NCBI GenBank assembly: GCA_036781265.1
Contig: DAIQBG010000011.1
Coordinates: forward strand, 22,349-86,348
Reading direction: 5' to 3'
Length of the DNA: 64,000 nucleotides
Source: Anaerolineales bacterium
Lineage (GTDB): Bacteria > Chloroflexota > Anaerolineae > Anaerolineales > Villigracilaceae
Below are positions 9,219-19,082 of the stretch, in pieces. Under the pieces are notes generated by a model. The model did not search any database. It had not been told where the DNA came from and saw only the letters and a program-made list of their open reading frames with translations. Numbering within the stretch: position 1 is the stretch's first letter; every line of letters begins with the position of its first letter. The position numbers were made by a program, and so were the translations under genes.

Positions 9219-11861
9219 TTATCCCTGACCGGCCTGCGGGCGGCGGGCACGCATTCCCCCCAGCAGGTTCCATAGACTGCCGACAACGATCGCAATCACA
9301 GCCATCATCACTCCCGCACCAAACGGATCCCAGTACAGCCGAGCGGCACCTGAGCGTCCACTATTTGCGTCATAGCGTGCCGCATCCGAGAGTCCGCTGA
9401 TCATCCCCTCCACCTGGCCCGAGGCTACATACGGCTGCAACAAGGGTCCCGCCTGCGCGCTTGCCACCACCAACAATGGCTGGTTAGCAAGAACAAAATC
9501 GACCTCTCGCCGGCTCTGCAGTTGCTCCACCCAGATGCGCCCGGATTCTACATGATCGGTCAACACGACAACGGCGGCATAGTCGGAAAAGGCCGCTACA
9601 TCTGCACCTGGAACGACAGAGGCTGGTCCTTCGATAAATCCCAGCACACCTGCCGAACCGCCCGGTAGGAATCCCAGGTTGCGATATTGCACCCCGGCCT
9701 GATACCCGAACCCATCTGTCGTGTTGATCCGGGCGCTGGTCAAGAGGCGCTCGACGAGCGCGGGTCCGGTGGGCGAGGTAGCCAGAAACGAGAGGTTGTG
9801 CCGGCCCAGCGAGACCATCTGATTAAGCAAGGGACTACTGATGGCCTCCATCTCGCCGGCAAGAGAGGGTTCATAATCCACGACCACCAGGACCCTCGAA
9901 TTTGCTGGAATGCGCAAGACCGCATTGGCAAGGTTGCTGCCTTCGGAAGGCAGGCCCGCGGCGACGGGCATGTTTTGTGATCGCAAGCTGATAACCGCTC
10001 CCAGAACAAGGAGGAAGAAACCTGCCAGAGCCCAGCGCAGCAGGTGCTGTGCCGCAACGAAAGGCGCATCGACCAGTGGACGCGGAGTTGTCTCAGTTGC
10101 CAGAATTTGCTCAAGCAACCCGGCGCTGGCTTGCTGCTCGGGAGTCACTTGGAGCTTCAATGAGACTGCCCTGGGCTTCGCGGAGGGACCAATGGACACG
10201 CCGGGAATCACGCCGCGCAAGCCTGCCAGCGGTCCCTGTTTTTCTTCAGGTTGATCTTCGGCGCCCGGGGTCGCCTCCGAGATTAGCGCTTCCACGGGGC
10301 GCATGGCTTGCACCCAGGCCGGAAGCTCAACTGGAGCCAGCGATTCTTCGCCGGCGGATGGTGGTGGCACCGGCAATGTCTGTGCAGACTCGTTGCCCGG
10401 TTCGGTACGAGATAGCCAATCGGGCATTTCAGTCGAGAAGAGTGAATCCAGCTCCTGGTTCGATAGCGAAGGGTCATCAACCTGGCTGGAGAAACTGTCT
10501 GTAAGGGGGGTCGGTTCGGGAACGCGCTCGGAGTGAGTGGGCAAATGATCGGCAGACTCTTCCTTCAACCAGTCCGTCGAGATATCCCCAGTCTCGGGCA
10601 TAGAGGACGACTCTGCTGTGTTCCTGAGCCAGTCAGGCTCCGGTTCCTTCTGCTCCTCATTAACTCCCCGCAGCTCTGATTCGACAAACGGAGGTGCCGA
10701 GGAAGGTCCCTCCTGTTGACCTAGATCGCGGAGCCAGGCAGGCTGCTCTATTGGAGCCGCAGGATTGGCGGCATCAAAAGGTTGTGGCGCTTGTGATGCT
10801 TCATCGAGCTGGTGCAGCCAGCTCAGGTCTTCGTCTGAGAAAGCCTTAGGGGATGTCTCCGGGGTGGGCGAGTCGGAGGGCGAGGTCGATTCGGTGGGCG
10901 CGCCGAGATCTTTAAGCCAGTCCAGGTCCTCACCAGGAGATCTGGACTCCTGTGCCAGGGGGCGGTCAGGGGCGGCATCGAATGGCTGTACAGGCTCCGG
11001 CGTCGCACCAAGGTTATTTAACCAGCTCAAATCATCTTGCGTGGAGGGACTCTCTGTACGTGGCGGCTGAGAGGGCTCGGGAATCCCGCCGAGGCTGTCC
11101 AGCCAGCTCAGATCTTCCTGCGACGACTCGAATGGGGAGGAGGTGAACGGAGCCTCAAAGCTCGCTGTCCGATCCGACTCAAGTTTAGGAGGCTTAAGAT
11201 CGCCAGTCTGTTTGGAAGTCTCTTCCAGATTTCGAAGCCAGCTGAGATCCTCTTCTTGAGGAGCCGGCTGGCGAGGGGCAGGAACTGGAACATCGGGGCT
11301 GCTTGCCCAACCTCCCTCCAGGGGGAGGGGATCTTCATCCAGCTCGATCGTCTCTTCCGGCTGTCCGGCCGCCCGGGAAAACCAATCGGATAGCTCGTCT
11401 TGTTCTTCGGATTTATAGACAGTTCCCTCTGAAGGCTCGCCCTGCGGGTGGGATCGGCTCCGGTCGAGCTGAGCAAAAAAGTCAGTTTCGGATGAAGTTG
11501 AGGGAGTCGCTCCTGCCGTGGACTCCGCCGGAGGCGTGATATTTGCCAGCCAGTCTGGCACGTTCTCCTCTTCGCTGCCGGTTTGCGACGCCAGGCCTGC
11601 CAGCAGATCCGGTGGCTCATCCTTCGCCTTCGGCCGGGTGGCCGCCTGCGCTGCATCCTCATCCGCCGAGTCACGCGCCTGCTGGCGCACATCTTTGAGC
11701 CAGTCGGGGAGAATGGGTTCCAGCTCGCCAGTATGTTTCTTTGTAGGTTGTTCGCCGGCGCGCAAAACCGCATCCGGCTTGAGCGGAGTCATACAAAATT
11801 GGCAGACGTCCAGCAGATCTGGATTGTTCCTGCCACAATTCGGACAGCGGATCTCAGCCAT
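9219..11861 (-). CDS. Zinc-ribbon protein with long acidic disordered repeat region, TM helix, folded domain and C-terminal TM
   Basis: CPNC..CQFC at the N-terminus; about 13 (P/L)xWL motifs in a P/E/S/D-rich region; TMs near aa 610-630 and at the C-terminus. Confidence 0.8.
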   Translation of the reverse strand: MAEIRCPNCGRNNPDLLDVCQFCMTPLKPDAVLRAGEQPTKKHTGELEPILPDWLKDVRQQARDSADEDAAQAATRPKAKDEPPDLLAGLASQTGSEEENVPDWLANITPPAESTAGATPSTSSETDFFAQLDRSRSHPQGEPSEGTVYKSEEQDELSDWFSRAAGQPEETIELDEDPLPLEGGWASSPDVPVPAPRQPAPQEEDLSWLRNLEETSKQTGDLKPPKLESDRTASFEAPFTSSPFESSQEDLSWLDSLGGIPEPSQPPRTESPSTQDDLSWLNNLGATPEPVQPFDAAPDRPLAQESRSPGEDLDWLKDLGAPTESTSPSDSPTPETSPKAFSDEDLSWLHQLDEASQAPQPFDAANPAAPIEQPAWLRDLGQQEGPSSAPPFVESELRGVNEEQKEPEPDWLRNTAESSSMPETGDISTDWLKEESADHLPTHSERVPEPTPLTDSFSSQVDDPSLSNQELDSLFSTEMPDWLSRTEPGNESAQTLPVPPPSAGEESLAPVELPAWVQAMRPVEALISEATPGAEDQPEEKQGPLAGLRGVIPGVSIGPSAKPRAVSLKLQVTPEQQASAGLLEQILATETTPRPLVDAPFVAAQHLLRWALAGFFLLVLGAVISLRSQNMPVAAGLPSEGSNLANAVLRIPANSRVLVVVDYEPSLAGEMEAISSPLLNQMVSLGRHNLSFLATSPTGPALVERLLTSARINTTDGFGYQAGVQYRNLGFLPGGSAGVLGFIEGPASVVPGADVAAFSDYAAVVVLTDHVESGRIWVEQLQSRREVDFVLANQPLLVVASAQAGPLLQPYVASGQVEGMISGLSDAARYDANSGRSGAARLYWDPFGAGVMMAVIAIVVGSLWNLLGGMRARRPQAGQG

Positions 11862-11863
11862 GC

Positions 11864-12472
11864 CTAACTGCCCCCATACGGTCGGTCCACTCCGAAGAGA
11901 ACACGTAAGCCTGTTAAGAGGGTACCCAGCGCAATGCCGATCAAGAGACCACGTGCGCCGCCGCTAGAAAACATACCGAGAAAATCCAGCAGGGCCTGGT
12001 TGCCCGGGACCGGGCCGAACGGTGTGGGCGTGATCAAAATAAGGAACAGAAGTGCCACTGCCAGAAATACGATACTCAACAACTCCATGCGCCGCCTTAA
12101 CAGACGAATGCTGGCGTAGATCAAGGTCACCGCCAGAATCGCCATCAGAGATGATTCCACAGGAACGATGATCGCGTCCACGGTCAAGCGCATAAGGGGA
12201 TTTTCAGGACCCAGGATTAAGCCCAATCCAAAAGTCACGATCAGAGAGATCACCAGCAATGCGCCGTAGACACTGCCTCTCTGGCGGGCCCGGATTTTTT
12301 CCATTTGGACGGCAACAAGGTTAAATATTCCTACCAGCACAGCCACACCGGCGATGATGATCGCCCAATCGACCAGTACCAATCGCAGCGGCGCAAGTTG
12401 CTCTGGATAAAAGTAGCCCAGGAGGACGATCAATCCGGCAGCGATGGCTAAGGCTGCACTGAGGATGCGCAT
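11864..12472 (-). CDS. Multi-pass membrane protein
   Basis: About 6 hydrophobic helices, C-terminal 'GARGLLIGIALG...LRVLFGVDRPY'; coupled to the upstream gene. Confidence 0.75.
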   Translation of the reverse strand: MRILSAALAIAAGLIVLLGYFYPEQLAPLRLVLVDWAIIIAGVAVLVGIFNLVAVQMEKIRARQRGSVYGALLVISLIVTFGLGLILGPENPLMRLTVDAIIVPVESSLMAILAVTLIYASIRLLRRRMELLSIVFLAVALLFLILITPTPFGPVPGNQALLDFLGMFSSGGARGLLIGIALGTLLTGLRVLFGVDRPYGGS

Positions 12473-13206
12473 CAGATCGGTGCTCCCAGAACTTTCAATC
12501 CCGCTCCAACGAGGATGGCGAGAATGATCAGCCAGCGGAGGATATCCTGCACGTTTAGGCTCGCATCGTGCGAGGGACCGGCTCCGACGTACGCGCCGGC
12601 TGCAAAGAGCTCCTCTCCGATCAACGGATCCTGTGCTGTAGCATAAAAAATGGATTGTGCCGAAAGATTATCGCTGGCTGCAATCAGGCTGGCATTCTGG
12701 CGATCCGACGCCTCTGCCAGTAGGCCGGCTTCCGCGCCGAGATCGCCAAGGATAATATTCGCCGAAACATGATCATCATGGATAGCGGGCATGGCTCCGG
12801 CTGCGTAGGAGAACGGGGTCAGCCCTGTCAATCGCCCGGTGCTGAAACGATATTGGTCCTCCGCCCCCGCGGCTTGATATCCAGCCTGTAATGTATCCTG
12901 CGAGAGGATTGCCAAGGAGGCATCTCCGGAAGTCGCCACAGGGGGGCGGTCGCTAACGGACGTGCGCTGCGCCAGCCGGCGCAGCATCGCCAATCCTGCC
13001 AGCGCCGATCCGCCGCGCGCGCTAAACAGATTGCCTCGTCCCAGAGAGACATGCAGACGGGTACCATTTTCGACGGCCAGCCCCACAGAATGATTGAGGC
13101 GTTCGTAGGCGTCAATGGCACGGAAGGCTGCCGGTGATCTGCGTCGCCACAGGGAGAGCCCCGCCAGCAGGATGGCAGCAAGGACGAGGATGCCTAACGC
13201 AAGCAT
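12472..13206 (-). CDS. DUF6754-like membrane-anchored protein
   Basis: N- and C-terminal TMs, 'AVENGTRLHVSLG' and 'LIGEELFAAGAY' motifs; TAATG/TGATG overlaps. Confidence 0.6.
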   Translation of the reverse strand: MLALGILVLAAILLAGLSLWRRRSPAAFRAIDAYERLNHSVGLAVENGTRLHVSLGRGNLFSARGGSALAGLAMLRRLAQRTSVSDRPPVATSGDASLAILSQDTLQAGYQAAGAEDQYRFSTGRLTGLTPFSYAAGAMPAIHDDHVSANIILGDLGAEAGLLAEASDRQNASLIAASDNLSAQSIFYATAQDPLIGEELFAAGAYVGAGPSHDASLNVQDILRWLIILAILVGAGLKVLGAPI

Positions 13207-13442
13207 TATGCAGCCTCCCCGCGCAGATAACGGGCAAATGCCTGTGCTTCTTCATCTTCTTCGAGCATGCGTGCAAAAGAATTCCACGTTTTTCCACCCA
13301 GGAATGGCTGACTGAGATACAGCGCCTGTGCGCCCAGCACCGTCAGGGGCGCCCCGGCTTCCAGCAGCCAGGAAGCAAGTCCATCCAATTTCAACCGGTG
13401 CAATGTTGCGGCCCACAGGGGCCAATCTGGACGCGATTGCAT
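13206..13442 (-). CDS. Small hypothetical protein (first gene of the operon, apparently leaderless)
   Basis: 78-aa ORF whose stop overlaps the next start; TGcTATACT lies 6 nt upstream of the ATG. Confidence 0.6.
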   Translation of the reverse strand: MQSRPDWPLWAATLHRLKLDGLASWLLEAGAPLTVLGAQALYLSQPFLGGKTWNSFARMLEEDEEAQAFARYLRGEAA

Positions 13443-13551
13443 GGACAAAGTATAGCATAACTTAAGGTGTCCCCGACTCGCCATGAAGTACTGGAAATTC
13501 CAGCTTCGTTGCGATGTATGCCCTGAAATCCGTAGCTTTTTATGCCTGTAT

Positions 13552-13569
13552 CGTCATAGTATAATGACG
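13552..13569 (+). promoter_or_regulatory. -10 box TATAAT embedded in an inverted repeat (candidate operator)
   Basis: cgtcat-agtata-atgacg with TATAAT at 13560-13565, upstream of a GGAGG RBS. Confidence 0.4.
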
Positions 13570-13591
13570 CGAGAATATTCATGGAGGAGCC

Positions 13592-13999
13592 ATGGCGGAA
13601 AAAAAGATCCGTGTGCTGGTGGCAAAGCCCGGGCTGGACGGTCATGATCGAGGAGCAAAGGTAGTAGCACGCGCCCTGCGCGATGCTGGCATGGAAGTCA
13701 TCTACACGGGGTTGCGCCAGACCCCGGAGATGATCGCGGAAGCCGCGCTCCAGGAAGATGTGGATGTGGTGGGACTTTCCATCCTCTCGGGTGCGCACAT
13801 GGCGCTCGCCCCGCGCATCCTGGAGTTGCTCAAGAAGAACGGACAGGAACAGGTGAAGGTCTTCATAGGAGGCATCATCCCCGATGAAGACATGCCAAGA
13901 TTAAGGGAAATGGGGATCACCGGCATCTACGGACCCGGCGCCTCCACCGAGGATATTATCAGAGAAGTCCGCGAGGCAATACAGTTACGTGGCGCATGA
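13592..13999 (+). CDS. Methylmalonyl-CoA mutase small (cobalamin-binding) subunit
   Basis: [13 protein letters not shown] (DxHxxG), GLSILSGAH and GGII motifs; GGAGG RBS. Confidence 0.93.
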   Translation: MAEKKIRVLVAKPGLDGHDRGAKVVARALRDAGMEVIYTGLRQTPEMIAEAALQEDVDVVGLSILSGAHMALAPRILELLKKNGQEQVKVFIGGIIPDEDMPRLREMGITGIYGPGASTEDIIREVREAIQLRGA

Positions 14000-14025
14000 G
14001 CGCCACGTAACTTCGTTCTAAACAG

Positions 14026-15018
14026 ATGAACGTCACAGATGCAGTACGGGAAGGAAATCGGCTCGCCCTGTCGCGGCTCCTGACGCAGGTGGAAAATGAC
14101 TCACCGGAGGGGCGGGCGGCGCTGGTTGAGTTGTTTCCGTATACGGGTCGAGCCCACCTGATCGGTGTGACCGGCGCGCCGGGCACCGGCAAATCATCGC
14201 TCGTCAACCAGCTGGCGCTCCATTACCGGAAACAGACGAATCAGAAGGTAGCCATTGTCGCCGTCGATCCCTCCAGCCCGTTTACAGGCGGCGCGGTGCT
14301 CGGGGATCGCGTCCGGATGCGCGACCTATCAGGCGATGAGGGAGTCTTCATCCGCTCGATGGCTACACGCGGCTCGCTGGGCGGCATAGCCAGGAAAACG
14401 GCTGGCATTGTGCAAGTATTCGATGCAGCAGGTTATGAGATCATACTCATCGAAACGGTAGGCGCGGGGCAGAGCGAAGTGGATGTTGCCCGGCTGGCCC
14501 ACACGACAGTTGTGGTGGAAGCTCCTGGCTTAGGCGACGAGATCCAGGCAATTAAGGCCGGGATCCTGGAAATCGCCGATATCCTGGTCATCAACAAAGC
14601 CGACCGTCCCGGTGTGGAAAATACCGAGCGCGCCCTGCGTTCAAACCTGGAGCTGGCGCACCCGACGAAACGTATCTTTCGCCATCACGGCCGGGACATG
14701 GCTGTGACATCATCCACCACGGATCCCACAATCTGGATTCCACCCATCAACAAAACGGTTGCCACGGAAGGCACGGGCATCACCGGGGTGGCGGACTCGA
14801 TTGCCAGACATGCCGAGCATTTGCGCACAAACGGAGAATGGACCGCGCGCGACCGCGCCCGCCTGGGGTCCGAACTTGAAGGCTTGCTCAGAGAGGCATT
14901 AATGGATCGTTTTCTCGAGCGAGTGTCGCAGAAAACATATGACGACATGGTCGAGAGCGTGGTCAAACGGAACATATCACCCCATGAAGCCGTTAACATC
15001 CTGTTGAATGGGAAATGA
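14026..15018 (+). CDS. meaB: Methylmalonyl-CoA mutase-associated GTPase MeaB/ArgK
   Basis: GAPGTGKS, DPSSPFTGGAVLGDRVRM, ETVGAGQSE and NKAD motifs. Confidence 0.93.
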   Translation: MNVTDAVREGNRLALSRLLTQVENDSPEGRAALVELFPYTGRAHLIGVTGAPGTGKSSLVNQLALHYRKQTNQKVAIVAVDPSSPFTGGAVLGDRVRMRDLSGDEGVFIRSMATRGSLGGIARKTAGIVQVFDAAGYEIILIETVGAGQSEVDVARLAHTTVVVEAPGLGDEIQAIKAGILEIADILVINKADRPGVENTERALRSNLELAHPTKRIFRHHGRDMAVTSSTTDPTIWIPPINKTVATEGTGITGVADSIARHAEHLRTNGEWTARDRARLGSELEGLLREALMDRFLERVSQKTYDDMVESVVKRNISPHEAVNILLNGK

Positions 15019-15067
15019 CTTGTAGCCCCGCCTCTTTTCCCCGGGGAAAGAGCGAGAAGGAGCGTTG

Positions 15068-16060
15068 ATGTCAGAGCATGTTCAAGATGTAATTAAAATG
15101 TACGGGGATATAAAACTATATGCAGGCTCCGGCTTACCGGACCTGTCACAGAAGATCGCCGAGTACCTTGGCCATAACTTAAGCCCTCGAGAGATCGTTC
15201 AGTTCCCTAACGAAAACATCTTTGTCAAACTCAAGAACAGCGCACGCGGGCAGGATGTGTACGTCATCCAGTCCACAGCCTCCCCGGTGCATTACAATCT
15301 GATGGAATTATTAATCATGATCCAGACCGTGCGTCTGGATTCGGCGGCGCGTATCACCGCAGTAGTCCCCTATCTTTGCTACGGCCGCTCGGATAAGAAA
15401 GACCAGCCGCGCGTGCCGATCACTGCCCGGCTTGTGGCGGACATGATTGAAAGAGCCGGTGCTGACCGTTATATGACGTTCGACCCCCACGCCGGGCAGA
15501 TCCAGGGATTCTTCTCGATCCCCGGCGATGTGCTGACTGCCACGCATATGATTACCGATCATATTAAAAGCAACTTGCAGTCGGAGATGAAAGAGCCGGT
15601 CGTCGTCGCGACCGACCTTGGCTTTGCCAAGAAAGGCCGTAACTATGCCCTCGATCTGGATGTACCGATTGCGTTCATCGAAAAGCGCCGCGCCGGCAAC
15701 GACGCCAAAGCGGAAGCCCTTTCTCTGATCGGTGACGTCAAGGGTCACGATGTAATCATTGTGGACGATGAAGTAGATACGGGAGGCTCGGTAGCTCAGG
15801 CGGTGGAAGTCGTTCAGAACCACGGTGCCCGCGATGTCTACCTGGCTTTCATTCACCCCATATTCTCCAGGGACGCTGCGCAAAAGTTGGCCACACTGCC
15901 CATTAAACAGATCTTGACTACCGATACGGTCGCGATCCCCGACGAAAAAATGGAGCCATTGCAGGGACGTATCACTGTGCTGTCTATTGCGCCCCTGTTG
16001 GGTGAGGTCATCCGGCGCGCGCATCAGGGACGCAGTGTCGGAGAGATGTTCAACGAATAG
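15068..16060 (+). CDS. prs: Ribose-phosphate pyrophosphokinase
   Basis: PYLCYGRSDKK, DPHAGQIQGFF, and PRPP-binding IIVDDEVDTGGS. Confidence 0.95.
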   Translation: MSEHVQDVIKMYGDIKLYAGSGLPDLSQKIAEYLGHNLSPREIVQFPNENIFVKLKNSARGQDVYVIQSTASPVHYNLMELLIMIQTVRLDSAARITAVVPYLCYGRSDKKDQPRVPITARLVADMIERAGADRYMTFDPHAGQIQGFFSIPGDVLTATHMITDHIKSNLQSEMKEPVVVATDLGFAKKGRNYALDLDVPIAFIEKRRAGNDAKAEALSLIGDVKGHDVIIVDDEVDTGGSVAQAVEVVQNHGARDVYLAFIHPIFSRDAAQKLATLPIKQILTTDTVAIPDEKMEPLQGRITVLSIAPLLGEVIRRAHQGRSVGEMFNE

Positions 16061-16092
16061 CCGACAACTGAAAACTGTTTTGTACTATAGAA

Positions 16093-16911
16093 ATGCCTGA
16101 ATTACCCGAAGTCGAAACCTTTACCCGTAAATTAAGACCTCATCTGCTCGGACGGATCATCATAGACGCCGACCTGCGCTGGCAGCGCACCCTCGCCTTA
16201 CCCTCCGCCAGAAAGTTTAGAGAACGAGTACGAGGGCAGGAGATCAAAGAGGTCACCCGCCGCGCCAAGTATTTCATTCTGCGCCTTTCAGATTACAATC
16301 TGCTGATCCATCTCCGCATGAGCGGAGACCTTTTGCTCAAAGAGGGCAGAGTTCCCGCCGAAAAGCATGACCGATTGATCCTGACCCTGACCTCCTCGAC
16401 GGATGGCGAATTGAGTTCCTTCGTCTTCAACGATACCCGTAAATTCGGACGGGTCTGGTTGACGTCACAACCGGATGAGGTGCTGGGTAGCCTGGGGCCC
16501 GAGCCGCTGAGCCGGACATTTACAGCACAATGGCTTCACAGCGCACTTCAGGGCAAACACCGCCAGCTCAAACCCTTGTTGCTAGATCAAACCTTCCTGG
16601 CCGGTCTGGGCAATATTTACACCGATGAATCGCTGCACCTCGCAAAACTACATCCACTCACACCCTCGAACGTGGTCACACAGCAGCAGGCGGCATTGCT
16701 GCACGGGGCAATCCGGCAGGTCTTGAAAGAAGGTATCCGCCGACAGGGCGCTTCCATTGACTGGGTCTATCGAGGCGGTGAGTTCCAGAATTACTTTCGT
16801 GTGTATGATCGTGCAGGGAAACCCTGCCCTGCGTGCGGTGCGGAAATCCAACGTCTGATCGTAGGTCAGCGCAGCACGCATTTCTGTCCCGAGTGTCAAG
16901 TGATAAGGTGA
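16093..16911 (+). CDS. mutM: Formamidopyrimidine-DNA glycosylase
   Basis: MPELPEVE, HLRMSG, GLGNIYTDE, and C-terminal CPAC..CPECQ zinc finger. Confidence 0.96.
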   Translation: MPELPEVETFTRKLRPHLLGRIIIDADLRWQRTLALPSARKFRERVRGQEIKEVTRRAKYFILRLSDYNLLIHLRMSGDLLLKEGRVPAEKHDRLILTLTSSTDGELSSFVFNDTRKFGRVWLTSQPDEVLGSLGPEPLSRTFTAQWLHSALQGKHRQLKPLLLDQTFLAGLGNIYTDESLHLAKLHPLTPSNVVTQQQAALLHGAIRQVLKEGIRRQGASIDWVYRGGEFQNYFRVYDRAGKPCPACGAEIQRLIVGQRSTHFCPECQVIR

Positions 16912-16914
16912 GCA

Positions 16915-17670
16915 ATGGAATTCAACTGGTCTACAATTGCCTGGATTGCCGGCCTGTTATTTGTTTACATCTTTGGTCTGGTCGAAGGCCGCAGCAAAGG
17001 GTATAAGAAGCGCAGGGCGGAAGAGGCGCAGGAGAGGCAAAGTCAGCCTCCCGCCGCGCCGGAAGCTGCTACGGTGACAGTGGACGAACCCGGGATTCTG
17101 AGGATGCGGGAGGAGAATGGTGTATTCAGCCTGGATCTGGACGGCGCCCGCGTCAACCCGGCGTCGTTATCCGCCGCCCAGCGCAAGCGGCTGATCGAAA
17201 TTCTCAATGTCATGCGTCCCTGGCTGGAGGGAGTCTCCACAACGCCGAGCACGACACCGCCTCCCAGTCGTCGAAGCACTTTCGGGCAACCTTCCGCTGC
17301 ACCCGGATCTGTCCAACCTTCCCCTTCTTCACCTACAGCTTTCCCTCAGCCCGAGAGGCCAGGACGCCTCGATCCCACCCCGGCAAGAACGTCCCCGCCG
17401 AGACCGCCAGTCATCGCCAAGGAGGATCGCCCGGTCGCGCCCGCCAACAGCATTGTCTCTCAGATCGACAGCGTGTTGCAGGCGCGTCTGGCCGGGACGC
17501 CCCTGGAGGCTCGCGGGGTCTTTCTGGCGCAGTCGCCCCAGGGGACGGTCAATGTTTATGTTGGATTGACCCGCTACGACGGCGTGGACGAGGTGCCCGA
17601 TCCCGAGATCAAAGCCGCAATCCGCGCCGCCATCGCGGAATGGGAAGATAAGTACACGCCTGGCTTATAA
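16915..17670 (+). CDS. Hypothetical membrane-anchored protein with Pro-rich linker
   Basis: N-terminal TM, two small domains separated by a P/S-rich linker; 3 bp after mutM. Confidence 0.7.
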   Translation: MEFNWSTIAWIAGLLFVYIFGLVEGRSKGYKKRRAEEAQERQSQPPAAPEAATVTVDEPGILRMREENGVFSLDLDGARVNPASLSAAQRKRLIEILNVMRPWLEGVSTTPSTTPPPSRRSTFGQPSAAPGSVQPSPSSPTAFPQPERPGRLDPTPARTSPPRPPVIAKEDRPVAPANSIVSQIDSVLQARLAGTPLEARGVFLAQSPQGTVNVYVGLTRYDGVDEVPDPEIKAAIRAAIAEWEDKYTPGL

Positions 17671-17685
17671 CGCTCCGGGACTCAT

Positions 17686-18531
17686 TCACCTGGGCATGTG
17701 CCGTACCGTCAGGAGGGGGCAGTGGACAGCCTCCGCCACTTCAGCGGTCACATTCGGCGTGTAAAGTTGTCGTAGTGCATGCGTGCTGTACCGCGAGCCC
17801 ATGCAGACCATATCATAATTTCCCTGCTCAACTTCAGCGACAATCTCTTCCACCACATGTCCCTGTCGGGTGGTGAGTTGGGCATCCAGGTTCGCTTCCC
17901 TGGCAATCTCCATCCCCTTGCGCAGGCTGCGCCCCAGAATGGTATCTGTGTCCTGTAAATCGTTCACGTGCTCCAGTGTAACGCTTGTCGTTGGATAGTT
18001 CATATCCGTCGGCGGGATGACGTGCAGGATGGTGACTTCTGCGCGGCTGCGGGTCGCGATCTGCAGCGCCAGATTCTCCGCGCTGACTTCATAGCCCAGC
18101 CCACCGGCACTGATCAATATTTTTTTCAGCGGCAGCCGCATTTCCGGTACATGGAGTAGTGGACCCGTGATCTTTTCCATCAAGGCCCGGAACGAACGGC
18201 CAGTCAGCCAGTGGCGAAGCCAGGACCGGCCCAGCGGGCTGACCACAGTGATGTAATCCCCCTGATTTGCATATTCCGAAATCACCTGTTCCGCCTCCCC
18301 GTTGCGAATGACGAGCTCATATTCCAATCCGCGCTGCTTGAATACATCCACTGCACCTGCAAAGATATCCGCGAGGGGATGGTGCTCGTCGATCGCTGCG
18401 GAGCTCCGGTTCTCGGCCACACCCAGAAGAATAAGCTTTTGTTGCATCAATTCAGCCAACCAGGCACCATATTCAACCGCCTTCCAGGTGCCCGTAAATC
18501 CGTTCGTGGCGACGAGTAGCTCAGATTTCAT
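17686..18531 (-). CDS. Universal stress protein (tandem USP domains)
   Basis: LLVATNG..., ILISAGG..., 'YDMVCMGS...TAEVAEAVHCPLLTV'. Confidence 0.85.
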   Translation of the reverse strand: MKSELLVATNGFTGTWKAVEYGAWLAELMQQKLILLGVAENRSSAAIDEHHPLADIFAGAVDVFKQRGLEYELVIRNGEAEQVISEYANQGDYITVVSPLGRSWLRHWLTGRSFRALMEKITGPLLHVPEMRLPLKKILISAGGLGYEVSAENLALQIATRSRAEVTILHVIPPTDMNYPTTSVTLEHVNDLQDTDTILGRSLRKGMEIAREANLDAQLTTRQGHVVEEIVAEVEQGNYDMVCMGSRYSTHALRQLYTPNVTAEVAEAVHCPLLTVRHMPR

Positions 18532-19082
18532 GAATGACTCCGTGGACCGTACAAGAAAACGCCGAGAAGACCCGCTCCCAGCAGGACAAACGGCGACGGC
18601 AACTCAAACCAGAAAGCAACGGCGCTGAGCAGGCCGATCAGGATAGCACGCCTGTCGATCCGGTTCGGCGATGTGGCCCGAAACAGCTCCCATGCTACGA
18701 CAATGATAAGAGCCGCTACAGCCGGACTCATGCCTGCCACAAAACCATCCAGCCAGGTTGACTGCTGAAAGCGCTGCAGGATCGCAGAAACCACCAGCAT
18801 CATGACCGTTGGAGGCAGGATCGCCCCGAGCAGAGCCGTGAGCACCCCGGGGATCCCGCCGGCGGCAAAGCCCACGAACATCGCCAGCTTGAGCGCCTCG
18901 CTGCCGGGGAGCACGTTCGAAAAACCTACCGCCTCGACGAACTGGGCTTCCGTCATCACGTGCTTGGACACCGCCTCTTTATACAGCAGCCCGATCGAGG
19001 CAGGTCCCGAGGGAGAAAGGATGTTCACCTTGAGGAACATCCACCATAATTTCAACCAGATCGCGAATTTTGCCGGATTCAT
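18528..19082 (-). CDS. Chromate transporter (short-chain CHR family)
   Basis: 'SPSGPAS', 'QFVEAVGFSNVLPG', 'ILPP'; ATGA overlap with the upstream paralogue. Confidence 0.85.
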   Translation of the reverse strand: MNPAKFAIWLKLWWMFLKVNILSPSGPASIGLLYKEAVSKHVMTEAQFVEAVGFSNVLPGSEALKLAMFVGFAAGGIPGVLTALLGAILPPTVMMLVVSAILQRFQQSTWLDGFVAGMSPAVAALIIVVAWELFRATSPNRIDRRAILIGLLSAVAFWFELPSPFVLLGAGLLGVFLYGPRSHS

